From: Alphaproteobacteria bacterium
GTDB taxonomy: Bacteria; Pseudomonadota; Alphaproteobacteria; GCA-2731375
Assembly (NCBI GenBank): GCA_965232515.1
Contig: CBDDPY010000002.1
Location: 4,768,001 to 4,832,000 of the forward strand
Direction of reading: 5' to 3'
Length of the DNA: 64,000 nt
Below the pieces are notes generated by a model, which saw nothing but the letters and a program-made list of their open reading frames with translations, did no database searches and was not told where the DNA came from. The translations under genes were made by a program, and so were the position numbers. Positions 40,238-50,087 of the stretch are shown piece after piece. Position 1 is the stretch's first letter. Every line of letters begins with the position of its first letter.

Positions 40238-41128
40238 ATGACCACCCTCATCGACCGCCCCGATGTGATCGCGCTCCATTGCTCCGGCGCCAGCGGCGCG
40301 CAATGGCGCCGGCTGGCCGAGAACCTCGGCCCCGACTACCGCTTTCACGCGCCTGACTTCTTCGGCTCGGGCGACGCCGGCCCTTGGCCGGGCGCGCGCG
40401 CCTTCACGCTAGCCGAGGAGGCGGCGCCGATTATTGATCTGATCGACCGCGGCGACCGGCCCGTGTTCCTGGTCGGCCATTCCTATGGCGGCGGCGTCGC
40501 GCTGCATATCGCCGCCGCGCGGCCCGATCGCATCGTCGGCCTGGCGCTGTACGAGCCCTCGGCCTTTCACTTGCTACGTACGGCCGGTCCATCCGCGGCC
40601 GCCGCTTTCGACGAGATCCGCGCCGTCAGCCGCGGCTGCGACGGCCACGTCCTGGTCGGCGACCTGAACGCCGCCGCCGCCGGCTTTGTCGATTACTGGA
40701 ACGGCCCGGGCGCCTGGACCGGCCTGAAGTCCGGGACGCGCGCGGCCCTGATGCGCTGGATCGGCAAGGCGCCGCTCGAGTTCCGGGCGCTGATCGACGA
40801 GACCACCGTGCCCGAGGCTTATCGCAATATTACCTGCCCGACGTTGATCCTGCGCGGCGGCCTGGCCCCCGCGCCGACGCGCGCCGTCGCCGCGCGGCTG
40901 GCTGCCCTGCTGCCGAACAACCGTTGCGCGGTCGTCAAGGGCGCCGGCCATATGGGCCCGATCAGCCACGCGGACGCGGTCAGCGCCCGCATCGCGGCGC
41001 AGATCCGGCGCACCGGTGCGCCGGTCGCGGCCGTCCCGGCCAACAACAACGATCCCGTCCCGCCGACGGGCGTCCGGCTCGATCCGGCTGTCGCGGCCGG
41101 GCCCTGGCGTCAGCCGTGGACTTGGTGA
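40238..41128 (+). CDS. alpha/beta hydrolase
   Basis: GHSYGG nucleophile elbow, YEP, GAGHM. Confidence 0.9.
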   Translation: MTTLIDRPDVIALHCSGASGAQWRRLAENLGPDYRFHAPDFFGSGDAGPWPGARAFTLAEEAAPIIDLIDRGDRPVFLVGHSYGGGVALHIAAARPDRIVGLALYEPSAFHLLRTAGPSAAAAFDEIRAVSRGCDGHVLVGDLNAAAAGFVDYWNGPGAWTGLKSGTRAALMRWIGKAPLEFRALIDETTVPEAYRNITCPTLILRGGLAPAPTRAVAARLAALLPNNRCAVVKGAGHMGPISHADAVSARIAAQIRRTGAPVAAVPANNNDPVPPTGVRLDPAVAAGPWRQPWTW

Positions 41129-41129
41129 G

Positions 41130-42392
41130 ATGCTTGATGCCGTCGTCATCGGCGCCGGCCAGGCCGGTCTCGGCGCCAGCTACTACCTCACCCGGCACGG
41201 ACTGTCGCACATCGTTCTCGAGCGCGGCCGCATCGGCGAGACCTGGCGCCGACAACGCTGGGACGCCTTCGCGCTGAACACACCGAACTGGCTGAACGCC
41301 CTGCCGGGCGCGCCTTATGACGGGCCGGCGCCGGACGGGTTCGACGATGCGCTATCGCTGGCCGATGCCTTCGCGGCCTATGCCGAACGTTTCGCCCTGC
41401 CGGTGGGAACCGGCGTCGAGGTGACGTCGGTGCGGGCCGAGGTCGGCACGGATGGGTTTCTGGTCGACACCCAGAGCTATGCCGGCGCCCGGTCAACGGT
41501 GGCCGCCCGAAACGTGGTGGTCGCGGCCGGCGTCCAGCATCGGCCCAGGGTCCCGGCCTTCGCATCCAAGCTGCCGGCGACGGTCACCCAGCTTCATGCC
41601 GCCAGCTACCGCAACGCCGCCGCTCTGCCGCCAGGCGCCGTGGTCGTCGTGGGCAGCGCCCAGTCCGGCTGCCAGATCGCCGAGGACTTGAGCGGTGCCG
41701 GCCGCCGGGTCTATCTCGCCACCGGCCGGTCCGGCCGCATTCCGCGCCGCTATCGGGGACGCGATATCGACGAATGGCTCTGGGACATGGGCGATTTCGA
41801 GGTCGCGCCGGCCGCGCTCGACGACCCCTCGGCCATGCGCGTGGCCCAGCCGCAGGTCTCGGGCGTCGGCCGTTTGGGCCATACGCTCAGCCTGCAGTCG
41901 CTGGCCGCCGCCGACGTGACGCTGCTCGGTCGTCTCACCGACATCGACGGCCACCTGCTCCTGTTCGATAACAGCCTCGCCGACAACATCCGCTTCGCCG
42001 ACGAAAAATCGGCGGCCGTGAAGCGCAACGTCGATGCCTATATCGCCGATGCCGGCATCGATGCGCCGCCGCCCGGAACCGATGCAGCGGACCGGCCCTG
42101 GCGCGACCTCGACGGCGTTCAGTCGCCGTCCCGGCTCGACCTGCTCGCCGCCCGCGTGTCGACGCTGATCTGGTGCACGGGCTTCCGCGCCGACTTTCCC
42201 TGGCTGCATCTGCCCGTGCTCGACGCCGACGGCCAGCCTGCGCATCATGACGGGGCTTCACCGGTGCCGGGCCTCTACTTCCTCGGCTTCCCCTGGCTCC
42301 GCAAACGCAAGTCCGGCATCATCTGCGGCATCGCCGAGGACGCCGCCGTGATTGTCGACCGCGTCGCCGCCCGCCGAGCCTGCGCCGCGTGA
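41130..42392 (+). CDS. flavin-containing monooxygenase-like (ArsO/CzcO family)
   Basis: GAGQAG, QLHAASYRN, GSAQSG, WCTGF, GLYFLG. Confidence 0.9.
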   Translation: MLDAVVIGAGQAGLGASYYLTRHGLSHIVLERGRIGETWRRQRWDAFALNTPNWLNALPGAPYDGPAPDGFDDALSLADAFAAYAERFALPVGTGVEVTSVRAEVGTDGFLVDTQSYAGARSTVAARNVVVAAGVQHRPRVPAFASKLPATVTQLHAASYRNAAALPPGAVVVVGSAQSGCQIAEDLSGAGRRVYLATGRSGRIPRRYRGRDIDEWLWDMGDFEVAPAALDDPSAMRVAQPQVSGVGRLGHTLSLQSLAAADVTLLGRLTDIDGHLLLFDNSLADNIRFADEKSAAVKRNVDAYIADAGIDAPPPGTDAADRPWRDLDGVQSPSRLDLLAARVSTLIWCTGFRADFPWLHLPVLDADGQPAHHDGASPVPGLYFLGFPWLRKRKSGIICGIAEDAAVIVDRVAARRACAA

Positions 42393-42432
42393 CAGCATCC
42401 CGCGGGTGTTTGATCTGTCGCGTCGCGGCGCG

Positions 42433-42999
42433 CTATTCGCGGTGGCAATCGCTGCACGGCTGGTTCTCGCCGATCGGGGGATGGTCGGCCGGCAGGGTCC
42501 GGGTGTTGATCGCCGGCGCCTGACCGGACGGCACGCCGGTCGCCGGGGACGTGGCTGCATCGCCGTCCGACGGCATTTCCGCCCAAAACACGCGCCGGAA
42601 ATACTCGTTCCAGTCGTGCAGGGCATTGACCGGCGGCAGCGCCCAGACGGCGCTGACCGCAAGCCATGCCGTGACCAGCAGCGCCAGGACCAGCTCCCAC
42701 GTCGACGTCAGATGCCGGCTTGCCCGGTCGCGCAGGTGATGCAGCAGGCCGCGCCAGTTGCAGGCCAGATGCGCGAACCCCATGACCACGAAGATGACGG
42801 CGAATGAGAGGTGCAGCGTCTGCCAGCCGACGCGGTCGAGCCCCAGCAATGTCCAGTCGATCTGCCTGGCGACCCGCCCCGTCGGCGCTGCGAACATCAC
42901 GATGCCGCTCGCCAGCAACGCCAGAAATCCGAACAGCACCAGATAGGTGATCAGTCCGCGATAATCGAAGCGACGGCGTCTTGGTCCGGCTCCTTGCAT
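42433..42999 (-). CDS. DUF4405-type membrane protein with a C-terminal CxxCH heme-c motif
   Basis: SGIVMF..P.GRVA...W...GL....W..LH...H...NW, three TMs. Ends with PADHP...PCSDCHRE. Confidence 0.75.
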   Translation of the reverse strand: MQGAGPRRRRFDYRGLITYLVLFGFLALLASGIVMFAAPTGRVARQIDWTLLGLDRVGWQTLHLSFAVIFVVMGFAHLACNWRGLLHHLRDRASRHLTSTWELVLALLVTAWLAVSAVWALPPVNALHDWNEYFRRVFWAEMPSDGDAATSPATGVPSGQAPAINTRTLPADHPPIGENQPCSDCHRE

Positions 43000-43188
43000 C
43001 ACCACTCTCCGTCTCTTCGGCCTGTCCGTTGCATCGCTTCTTCGGAAGGGCCCGATCGCATGCGCCATAGACGCCGGGACCGGCGGGCGCACTGCTCTGG
43101 ATCAAGCCTTGCGGTTCCGCGGCGGCGCATCAAATATGTCGCGCCGGCCTGGGCGCCGTCCGGGTCTTTCTTCGAGTTGCGAGGTGTA

Positions 43189-44055
43189 ATGTGTGTATCG
43201 AGGCTTCGCGGTGGCCGTGCCGGCATTTGGCGCGTCCTGCGCAATCCAATCCGCGCTGTCATGTCGATTGTGGGGTCTTCGGCCGCCATTCTGTTGGCGA
43301 CGGCGGCCGGCGCCGCTGAGATGATCGAGCGTGCAGACCTTGCCGAGATCTTCGCCGGTTACGGCGTCGCCGGCACCTTCGTCGCGTATGACGTCGCGGC
43401 CGACCGCGATATCGCTGTCGATCCGGATCGAGCGGCGCGGCGCCTGATTCCGGCCTCAACCTTCAAGGTCGCGAACAGCCTGATCGCGCTCGAGACCGGC
43501 GTCATCGCCGACGCGGACGAGATCGTCCCCTATGGCGGCAAGCCGCAGCCGATCAAGGCTTGGGAAGCCGACATGTCGATCCGCGACGCCATCCGGGTCT
43601 CGAACGTGCCGGTCTATCAGGAATTGGCGCGGCGCGTCGGGCTCGCGGGCTATCGTACCTGGCTCGACCGGCTCGGCTACGGCAACGCGGATCCGGGGGA
43701 CCAGGTCGACGTCTTCTGGCTGCGCGGCCCGCTCGCCATCAGCGCCGTCGAGCAGACCCGCTTCCTCGCCCGCCTGGCGCGCCGCGACCTGCCGGCGAGC
43801 GACCGGTCGCAGGAACTTGTCCGCGACATCCTCCGCATCGAAAGCGGCGACGGTTATGCGCTCTACGCCAAGACCGGCTGGAGCATCGCCAGCACGCCGC
43901 AGCTCGGTTGGTGGGTCGGCTGGGTCGAGCGCGGCAACGCGCTGCACACCTTCGCCCTCAACATCGATGTCCGCTCGGACGCCGACGCCCGCAAACGCAT
44001 CCCCCTCGGCCGCGCCCTCCTAACCAAGCTCGACCTGCTCCAACCCCAACGATAG
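43189..44055 (+). CDS. blaOXA: class D beta-lactamase (OXA family)
   Basis: PASTFK, SNV, YGN, FWL.GPL.IS, KTG, GWWVGWVE. Signal peptide. Start is 43189 (GAGG RBS) or 43261. Confidence 0.9.
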   Translation: MCVSRLRGGRAGIWRVLRNPIRAVMSIVGSSAAILLATAAGAAEMIERADLAEIFAGYGVAGTFVAYDVAADRDIAVDPDRAARRLIPASTFKVANSLIALETGVIADADEIVPYGGKPQPIKAWEADMSIRDAIRVSNVPVYQELARRVGLAGYRTWLDRLGYGNADPGDQVDVFWLRGPLAISAVEQTRFLARLARRDLPASDRSQELVRDILRIESGDGYALYAKTGWSIASTPQLGWWVGWVERGNALHTFALNIDVRSDADARKRIPLGRALLTKLDLLQPQR

Positions 44056-44058
44056 TAG

Positions 44059-44121
44059 TTCCGGTGACAGTAACCTTAATTCGAACGCGGTAGTTCCAAG
44101 TTGCGGTTACTGTCACCGGAA
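44059..44121. repeat. REP-like palindrome, family A, copy 1
   Basis: TTCCGGTGACAGTAACC...GGTTACTGTCACCGGAA, a 17-bp perfect inverted repeat between convergent genes. Confidence 0.85.
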
Positions 44122-44143
44122 TTATGCTGTCTTCGGTATTTGG

Positions 44144-45088
44144 TTACCGCGATGCCAGGTGGATCGCGGCCAGCATGCAGCGCACCGAGCCGCCGGCCAT
44201 CTCGATGGTCGGCACGTCGAGCGGCAGCAGCGTGGCGCTGGTTTCGATCCGGGCAATCTGGTCCGGCGTGAGCGCCGCCTGCGCCCGCCGTGACAGTGCC
44301 AGGACGCGGCTGTCTTGGCCTTGCAGCTCGATGGCGTTGCCGGCGAAGTCGCCGATCTGCGCGTCGCTGAGCGCGATGACGTCGCGCCCAGACTGCTCGA
44401 ACCGCCGGACGATCTCGGCGCGGCGGGCGGCATCCGCGATCATGTCGAGGCCGATCAGCACGAAGTCGGTGGCGATGCACATCAGCACGTTGGTGTGATA
44501 GACCGGCACGCCCTGGGCGTCGCGGGCGTCGAACACCATCGGCTCATAATTGAAATGGGCGCAGAAGCGCTCCAGCGCGATCGGGTCGGTGCGGTTCGAC
44601 GAGACCGCATAGGCGACGCGGTCGATATGGTCCAGCACCATGGCGCCGGTGCCCTCCAGGAACAGGCCGTCCGGCTCCAGCCCGGAATAGTCGACCACGT
44701 CCTGCACGCGGTAGTCGCGCTTCAGCATCTCGATCACGTCCCCGCGCCGCTCCTTGCGCCGGCTGGCCGCGAACATGGGATAGATCGCCACATGCCCGCC
44801 GGGATGCGTCGAGAACCAGTTGTTCGGAAACACCGAATCCGGCGTTTCCCGGCCTTCGTCCTCGAACATATGCGCGCGCACGCCATGGTCGGCGAGCGTC
44901 TCCGCCGCGGCGCTGACCTCGCGATAGGCGGCGTCCGCCAGCTTGGCCCGGTCCAGATGCCGGGCACATTGCTGAAACGCGTTGTCCGTCGCAGTCTCGA
45001 TATTCGGCGTAAAGTGATGCGGCCGGATCATCACCACTGCCGGCGGCGCCTGTACGCTGCGGCGCTCGATCGGCCTGTGGGCCGTCAT
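44144..45088 (-). CDS. ctlX: amidinotransferase superfamily hydrolase, CtlX-like
   Basis: DNAFQ, TPDSVFPNNWFSTH, LEGTG, YHTNV, GGSVRCM. Confidence 0.85.
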   Translation of the reverse strand: MTAHRPIERRSVQAPPAVVMIRPHHFTPNIETATDNAFQQCARHLDRAKLADAAYREVSAAAETLADHGVRAHMFEDEGRETPDSVFPNNWFSTHPGGHVAIYPMFAASRRKERRGDVIEMLKRDYRVQDVVDYSGLEPDGLFLEGTGAMVLDHIDRVAYAVSSNRTDPIALERFCAHFNYEPMVFDARDAQGVPVYHTNVLMCIATDFVLIGLDMIADAARRAEIVRRFEQSGRDVIALSDAQIGDFAGNAIELQGQDSRVLALSRRAQAALTPDQIARIETSATLLPLDVPTIEMAGGSVRCMLAAIHLASR

Positions 45089-46149
45089 GCCGCCTGGGCC
45101 TTGGCCGCGCGCATGACCATGCCGAACAAGTCGCGCGGGTCGTCCGGGTCGGCCAGCATGTCGAGATCCTGGAACTGCCCGGTGCGGTCGAGCTGGTCGC
45201 GCACGAAGCGCAGCGCCGAGAAGTCCTCGACCGCGAAGCCGACGCTGTCGAACAGTGTGATCTGCCGCCGGTCGGACCGGCCCGGCACGTCGCCGCGCAC
45301 GACCTGCCACAGCTCCACCACCGGATGGTCGTCGTCCAGCTGCTGCAGCTCGCCTTCGATCCGGGTCTGCGGCGTGAACTCGACGAAAATGTCGGACCGC
45401 AGCAGGATGTCCCGGTGCAGCTCGGTCTTGCCCGGACAGTCGCCGCCGACCGCGTTGATGTGCACGCCCGACCCGACCATGTTGTCAGTCAGGATCGTGG
45501 CGTACTGCTTGTCGGCCGTCGCCGTGGTGATGATATCGGCGCCCTCGACCGCCTCGTGCGCCGTCGCGCAGGTGGTGATGTCGAAGCCCTTGCCGGCCAA
45601 ATTGGTGACGCACTTCATCGTCGCCGCCGGATCGACGTCAAACAGCCGCAGCCGGTCGACCCCCAGGATCGCCCGGAAGGCCAGCGCCTGGAACTCGGAC
45701 TGCGCGCCGTTGCCGATCAGCGCCATCGTGCGGGCGCCCGCTGGCGCCAGATACTTCGCCGCCAGCGCCGAGGTCGCCGCCGTCCTGAGCGCGGTCAGAA
45801 TGGTCATCTCCGATATCAGCACGGGATAGCCGCTCGCCACGTCCGACAGCACGCCGAAGGCGGTCACCGTCTGCAGGCCCTGGCGCGTGTTCTTCGGATG
45901 GCCGTTCACGTACTTGAAGCCGTAGACCTCGCCGTCGCTGGTCGGCATCAGCTCGATCACGCCGTCGGCCGAGTGCGAGGCCACGCGCGGCGTCTTGTCG
46001 AACAGCTGCCAGCGCCGGAAGTCCTCTTCCAGATAGCCGGCGAGGCCGGAAAGGAACGGCTCGACGCCGACGTCGAGCGCGATCTTCATCATGTGATCGA
46101 CGCTGACGAAGGGCACGATGTTCAGGTTCTGCGGCGTGGCGTGGGTCAT
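45085..46149 (-). CDS. ocd: ornithine cyclodeaminase
   Basis: ASHSADGVIELMP, FKYVNGHP, LTALRTAA, GGDCPGKTEL, FDSVGFA. Confidence 0.95.
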   Translation of the reverse strand: MTHATPQNLNIVPFVSVDHMMKIALDVGVEPFLSGLAGYLEEDFRRWQLFDKTPRVASHSADGVIELMPTSDGEVYGFKYVNGHPKNTRQGLQTVTAFGVLSDVASGYPVLISEMTILTALRTAATSALAAKYLAPAGARTMALIGNGAQSEFQALAFRAILGVDRLRLFDVDPAATMKCVTNLAGKGFDITTCATAHEAVEGADIITTATADKQYATILTDNMVGSGVHINAVGGDCPGKTELHRDILLRSDIFVEFTPQTRIEGELQQLDDDHPVVELWQVVRGDVPGRSDRRQITLFDSVGFAVEDFSALRFVRDQLDRTGQFQDLDMLADPDDPRDLFGMVMRAAKAQAA

Positions 46150-46324
46150 GGCCTGGCGCTCCATCGGCTGGGAACGGGCGCGCGAAGGCATTGCCTTCGG
46201 CTCTAATTGAAGATAGTGATGCCCTATGCCAGAAAAAATGCCATTTCTTTGCAAGATTTGACGTATTAATGATAAAATTTACACTGAATAATTATCATAT
46301 CGGCAACTTGAGCTGAGCAGCGCC

Positions 46325-46771
46325 ATGGCCAGGCAAACCGGCGCCAAGCACATCTACGACGACCTCGACCGCGAGCTGATCGCGCTGCTGCGCAAAGACG
46401 GCCGGGCGCCGCTGTCGAAGCTGTCGGAAATCCTCGGCGTGTCGCGCGGCACGGTGCAGAACCGGCTCGACCGGCTCCTGGAATCCGGCGCGCTGCTCGG
46501 CTTCACCATCCGCGTGCGCGACGACTACGCGCCCGACACGGTCCGCGCCATCATGCTGATCGAGGTCGCGGGCAAATCGACATCAGATGTGATCAAGCGC
46601 CTGCGCGGCATGCCCGAGCTGCAGAAGCTGCACACCACCAACGGCGCCTGGGACCTGGTCGCCGAGATCGCCACGTCCGACCTCAACGACTTCGACCGCG
46701 TCCTGCGCGAGGTCCGCATGATCGACGGTGTCCTCAACAGCGAAACCAGCATCCTGCTGAGCACCGTCTGA
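46325..46771 (+). CDS. Lrp/AsnC family regulator
   Basis: DDLDRELIALLRKDGR, VSRGTVQNR, TTNGAWDL. Divergent from ocd. Confidence 0.93.
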   Translation: MARQTGAKHIYDDLDRELIALLRKDGRAPLSKLSEILGVSRGTVQNRLDRLLESGALLGFTIRVRDDYAPDTVRAIMLIEVAGKSTSDVIKRLRGMPELQKLHTTNGAWDLVAEIATSDLNDFDRVLREVRMIDGVLNSETSILLSTV

Positions 46772-46890
46772 TGCGGCGACCTGCCGGCGCCAAGGCTTTG
46801 CTTCCAGGCCGCGACCGCGGCCCGCCGGCTTATCCGGCGCGCCCGCGCAGGCGCGGACCTCAAGGTCCGCCTGCCGTGAGCGCAAAAACG

Positions 46891-47517
46891 CTAGCGCCGC
46901 AGGCGCTCGCCGAACTGTTGTTGCAGCTTGGCCAGCTTCGGGCCGGTGTTGAAGACGATATAGGGCTGCGTCGGGTTCCGCGCGGCGTAGTCCTGGTGAT
47001 AGTCCTCGGCCTCGAAGAAGGCTTCCAGCGGTTCCAGGTGCGTCGCGATCGGGGCGGCGAAGACGCCGGCTTCGTTCAGCTGCGCGATATAGGCCTCCGC
47101 CACCCGCTTCTGGTCGTCGTCGGCGACGAAGATCGCCGAGCGGTATTGCGGGCCGACATCGTTGCCCTGGCGGTCGACCTGGGTCGGGTCGTGCGCCACC
47201 GCGAAGAACACCTTCAGGATCTGGCCGAACGAGATGCGGGCGGGATCGTAGCGTACGTCGACGACCTCGGCATGTCGGGTCATGCCGCTGCAGACCGTGC
47301 GGTAGTCGGCCGTCGCCGCGCTGTCGCCGGCATAGCCCGAGACCACGGCGTTGACGCCGTCGAGCTGTTTGAACACGGCCTCCACGCACCAGAAGCAGCC
47401 GCCAGCCAGCACCGCGTGCCGTTCGGCGCCGTCCGCGGGCGCGGGCAGGTCGATCGCCGGGTCCGGAAAGCCGGCCGGCGCGGTCATCGCGTCGTCGTCC
47501 GTCGTAATCTCGGCCAT
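46891..47517 (-). CDS. msrA: peptide-methionine (S)-S-oxide reductase MsrA
   Basis: [29 protein letters not shown]. Confidence 0.95.
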   Translation of the reverse strand: MAEITTDDDAMTAPAGFPDPAIDLPAPADGAERHAVLAGGCFWCVEAVFKQLDGVNAVVSGYAGDSAATADYRTVCSGMTRHAEVVDVRYDPARISFGQILKVFFAVAHDPTQVDRQGNDVGPQYRSAIFVADDDQKRVAEAYIAQLNEAGVFAAPIATHLEPLEAFFEAEDYHQDYAARNPTQPYIVFNTGPKLAKLQQQFGERLRR

Positions 47518-47582
47518 GTCAAATCCCCGTTCAGCAGGTCCCGCCCATACATATAGGGCGTTTGTTTCCTTAGCGCATGCCG

Positions 47583-48233
47583 CTACAGCGCCTTGCGGAA
47601 CGTCAGGTTGATGCGGGCGCGCCCCGTTAGCGGATGCACGCCCTCGGCCAGCGGCTTCACGCCGTGCCGCCACAGGCGCGCCGGCCCGCCGAAGACGATG
47701 GCGTCGCCGTGGGTGAGCGGGATCTGCCGCGACCGCCCGCCCTTGGGCCCCGCCAGCAGAAACACCGCCGGCAGGCCCAGCGAGAACGACACGATGGGCT
47801 GCGCGAAGTCCTGCTCGTCCTCGTCCCGGTGCAACCCCAGCCGCGTCCCCGGCTCATAGCGATTGATCAGACAGGCGTCCGGCGCGAAGCCGTCGAACCC
47901 CGCCCGCGCCGCCGCCTCTGTCGCCAGCGCGGCGAACCGCGCCGGCATCGCCGGCCACGGCCGCCCGCTCTCGGGATCTTGGCGGTCATAGCGATAGCCG
48001 CCCCGGTCCGTGACCCAGCCGACACGGCCGCAATTGGTCATCGCCACCGACATCCTGCGCCCGCCCGGCGTCGTCATCAGTCGGAACGGCGCTTGCGCTG
48101 CCACCCGCTCGATCAACGGCAAGACCTCGGCCGCTGGCACGAACCCCGGCAGCAGCGTCACCCCCTCGGCGATCGCCGCCACCGCCGGCCGCGGCAAGTC
48201 CTCGAACAGCGGCAGATCCCGTCCGGTCGTCAT
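47583..48233 (-). CDS. alkB: DNA oxidative demethylase AlkB
   Basis: [37 protein letters not shown]. Confidence 0.95.
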   Translation of the reverse strand: MTTGRDLPLFEDLPRPAVAAIAEGVTLLPGFVPAAEVLPLIERVAAQAPFRLMTTPGGRRMSVAMTNCGRVGWVTDRGGYRYDRQDPESGRPWPAMPARFAALATEAAARAGFDGFAPDACLINRYEPGTRLGLHRDEDEQDFAQPIVSFSLGLPAVFLLAGPKGGRSRQIPLTHGDAIVFGGPARLWRHGVKPLAEGVHPLTGRARINLTFRKAL

Positions 48234-48277
48234 GGTGGACGATTCCTTTAGCTCGACGGCGTCACCCGACGGCACAT

Positions 48278-48417
48278 CCTTCTAGACACGCCCTTGCGGG
48301 CGTTCCTCAGGATGAGGCTTCGAGACGGGCCGCCGGCCCTCCTCAGGGTGAGGTCGGCACGTGATATCACCCACCACCCTCAGGCTGAGGAGGCCCCGCA
48401 GGGGCCGTCTCGAAGCC
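48278..48417. repeat. REP-like cluster, family B (two direct units plus one inverted)
   Basis: CTTCNAGAC-hairpin-TCCTCAGSNTGAGG-like units at 48278 and 48317, and an inverted unit CCTCAGGCTGAGGAGG...GTCTCGAAGCC at 48378-48417. Confidence 0.75.
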
Positions 48418-48699
48418 CGCCGCATGGGCCCCAGCATCACGATCACGCCCCAAACCATGCCCGATCCGCGCCCAGCCGCCTATCCGGAATTTGCTGAAAA
48501 TGCGGGCATCCCGCGCACGGATCTTTAACCGGGACGTGCGAGGCTCGGGCACAAGAGCTAAGTCCCCTCGCGATCTTCCCCATTCGTCACCCCCGCGTTT
48601 GATCCGGGGACCAGGCCAACCGTTCGGCCGCGTGGATATTCGGATCACGTTCGGCATGACGGGGAAACAGTCGGCGAGGGGCCAGAGGGGAGATCGGGC

Positions 48700-49341
48700 A
48701 TGACCAGAGGAATGGGGCTCGCCGCCGGCCTGGCGGCGCTGATCGCGCTGGCGGGTTGCGCCGGCATGGACCAGCCGACCTGCGTCGCCGCCGACTGGCG
48801 CACCGTCGGCTATAACGACGGCGTGCAGGGCCGCACGCTCGACGCGCTCGAGCAACATACCAACGACTGCACGCGCCACGGCGCGCCGCCGCAGCTGGAC
48901 GCCTACATGACCGGCCGCGAGTCCGGTCTGGTGGTGTTCTGCCAGCCCTGGCAGGGCTATGGCTACGGGCTCCGGAACAAGGCCTATACTGGCGTCTGCC
49001 CGGCCAATCTCGAGCCCGACTTCCTCGCCGCCTTCCACGACGGCCGCCGCCAGCATCAGTTGCAGTCGGCCTACAACCACCTGCGCCGCCAGGTCCAGCG
49101 CGCCGACCGAAAGATCGATCAGCTCGACACTGACCTCGACAGCAAGGAACGGCGCCTGGTCGCGAAGGATCTCGACACGAACCAGCGCCTCAAGCTGATC
49201 GACCAGATCCGCCGCCTCGCCGAAGAGCGCGGCCGCCTCTACGAGCAGCTACCGGCGCTCGAGTCCCAGCTCGTCGACGCCGACGCCGAGCTCGCCGCCT
49301 ACCAGGCCGCCATGGCCCAGCGCTACCCCGGCGGCCGCTGA
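48700..49341 (+). CDS. DUF2799-type lipoprotein
   Basis: Lipobox LAGC, C..ADW...GY.DG..G repeats, Y.GVCP, coiled-coil C-terminus. Confidence 0.8.
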   Translation: MTRGMGLAAGLAALIALAGCAGMDQPTCVAADWRTVGYNDGVQGRTLDALEQHTNDCTRHGAPPQLDAYMTGRESGLVVFCQPWQGYGYGLRNKAYTGVCPANLEPDFLAAFHDGRRQHQLQSAYNHLRRQVQRADRKIDQLDTDLDSKERRLVAKDLDTNQRLKLIDQIRRLAEERGRLYEQLPALESQLVDADAELAAYQAAMAQRYPGGR

Positions 49342-49402
49342 GCCGCCAGGCAGAGTCGGCGGTCTCTACACAGCCACCGCCGCCACACCCCGGCGCCCGC
49401 CA

Positions 49403-49464
49403 CATTCCGGGGACAGTAACCTTAATTCAGCTACGCACGAATTAAGGTTACTGTCCCCGGAATG
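49403..49464. repeat. REP-like palindrome, family A, copy 2
   Basis: CATTCCGGGGACAGTAACCTTAATTC-N10-GAATTAAGGTTACTGTCCCCGGAATG, a 26-bp perfect stem. Confidence 0.9.
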
Positions 49465-49603
49465 CTACTGCACGGTCGTGCCGCGAGATGCAGACCGCAA
49501 GACTGCGCGTCTCGACACATTCACGCCTTGACGCCGCACCACGAATGCGCGAAACGGGTGCGGCTGTTCCGCGAGGGGCGGGCGCGGCGAACGGCGACAG
49601 CAT

Positions 49604-49837
49604 TTGACCGCGACGAGGAGAAACGAGATCGCCCGCCCGGACAGGAAGAAGGACCCGGTCGCCTACTACATCAGCCTCGGTATCTGCTTCGGCGTCGTCT
49701 TCGGCGTGGCGGTCGGCACGGCAATGGACAATGTCGGCACAGGCCTGGCCATGGGCCTGGCGCTCGGCATCGCCATCGGCGCCAGCACCGGCGCCCGCAT
49801 CAAGAAACAACGCGACGCCGAAGACGCAAACGAATGA
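49604..49837 (+). CDS. small glycine-zipper two-TM membrane protein
   Basis: LGICFGVVFGVAVG and GTGLAMGLALGIAIG. TTG start with a weak RBS. Confidence 0.55.
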   Translation: MTATRRNEIARPDRKKDPVAYYISLGICFGVVFGVAVGTAMDNVGTGLAMGLALGIAIGASTGARIKKQRDAEDANE

Positions 49838-49945
49838 GGTTCGGATCCACATGGATCCCTGACCCGTTCGAGAAATCCACGCAAGTCATCCTGGCGGAGG
49901 CCAGGGTCCACATTCGGTGCGTTCGCCGCACCTCGGCGTTCGCCG

Positions 49946-50010
49946 TATTCCGGGGACAGTAACCTTAATTCGAACGCGTAGTGCGAATTAAGGTTACTGT
50001 CCCCGGAATA
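49946..50010. repeat. REP-like palindrome, family A, copy 3
   Basis: TATTCCGGGGACAGTAACCTTAATTCG-N11-CGAATTAAGGTTACTGTCCCCGGAATA, a 27-bp perfect stem. Confidence 0.9.
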
Positions 50011-50087
50011 TTACCGCGCGGCCTCGCCGCGGACTTCGGACGACCTTGGCGCCTTAGCGTCTTGGCGGTGAACCCGGTTTGTTGGTC

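Noticed and set aside
44059-50010. Palindromic repeats as a CRISPR array or integron attC sites
   Set aside because: The copies are dispersed with no regular spacers and no cas or intI gene. The stems are perfect and lack attC R-box ends and extrahelical bases.
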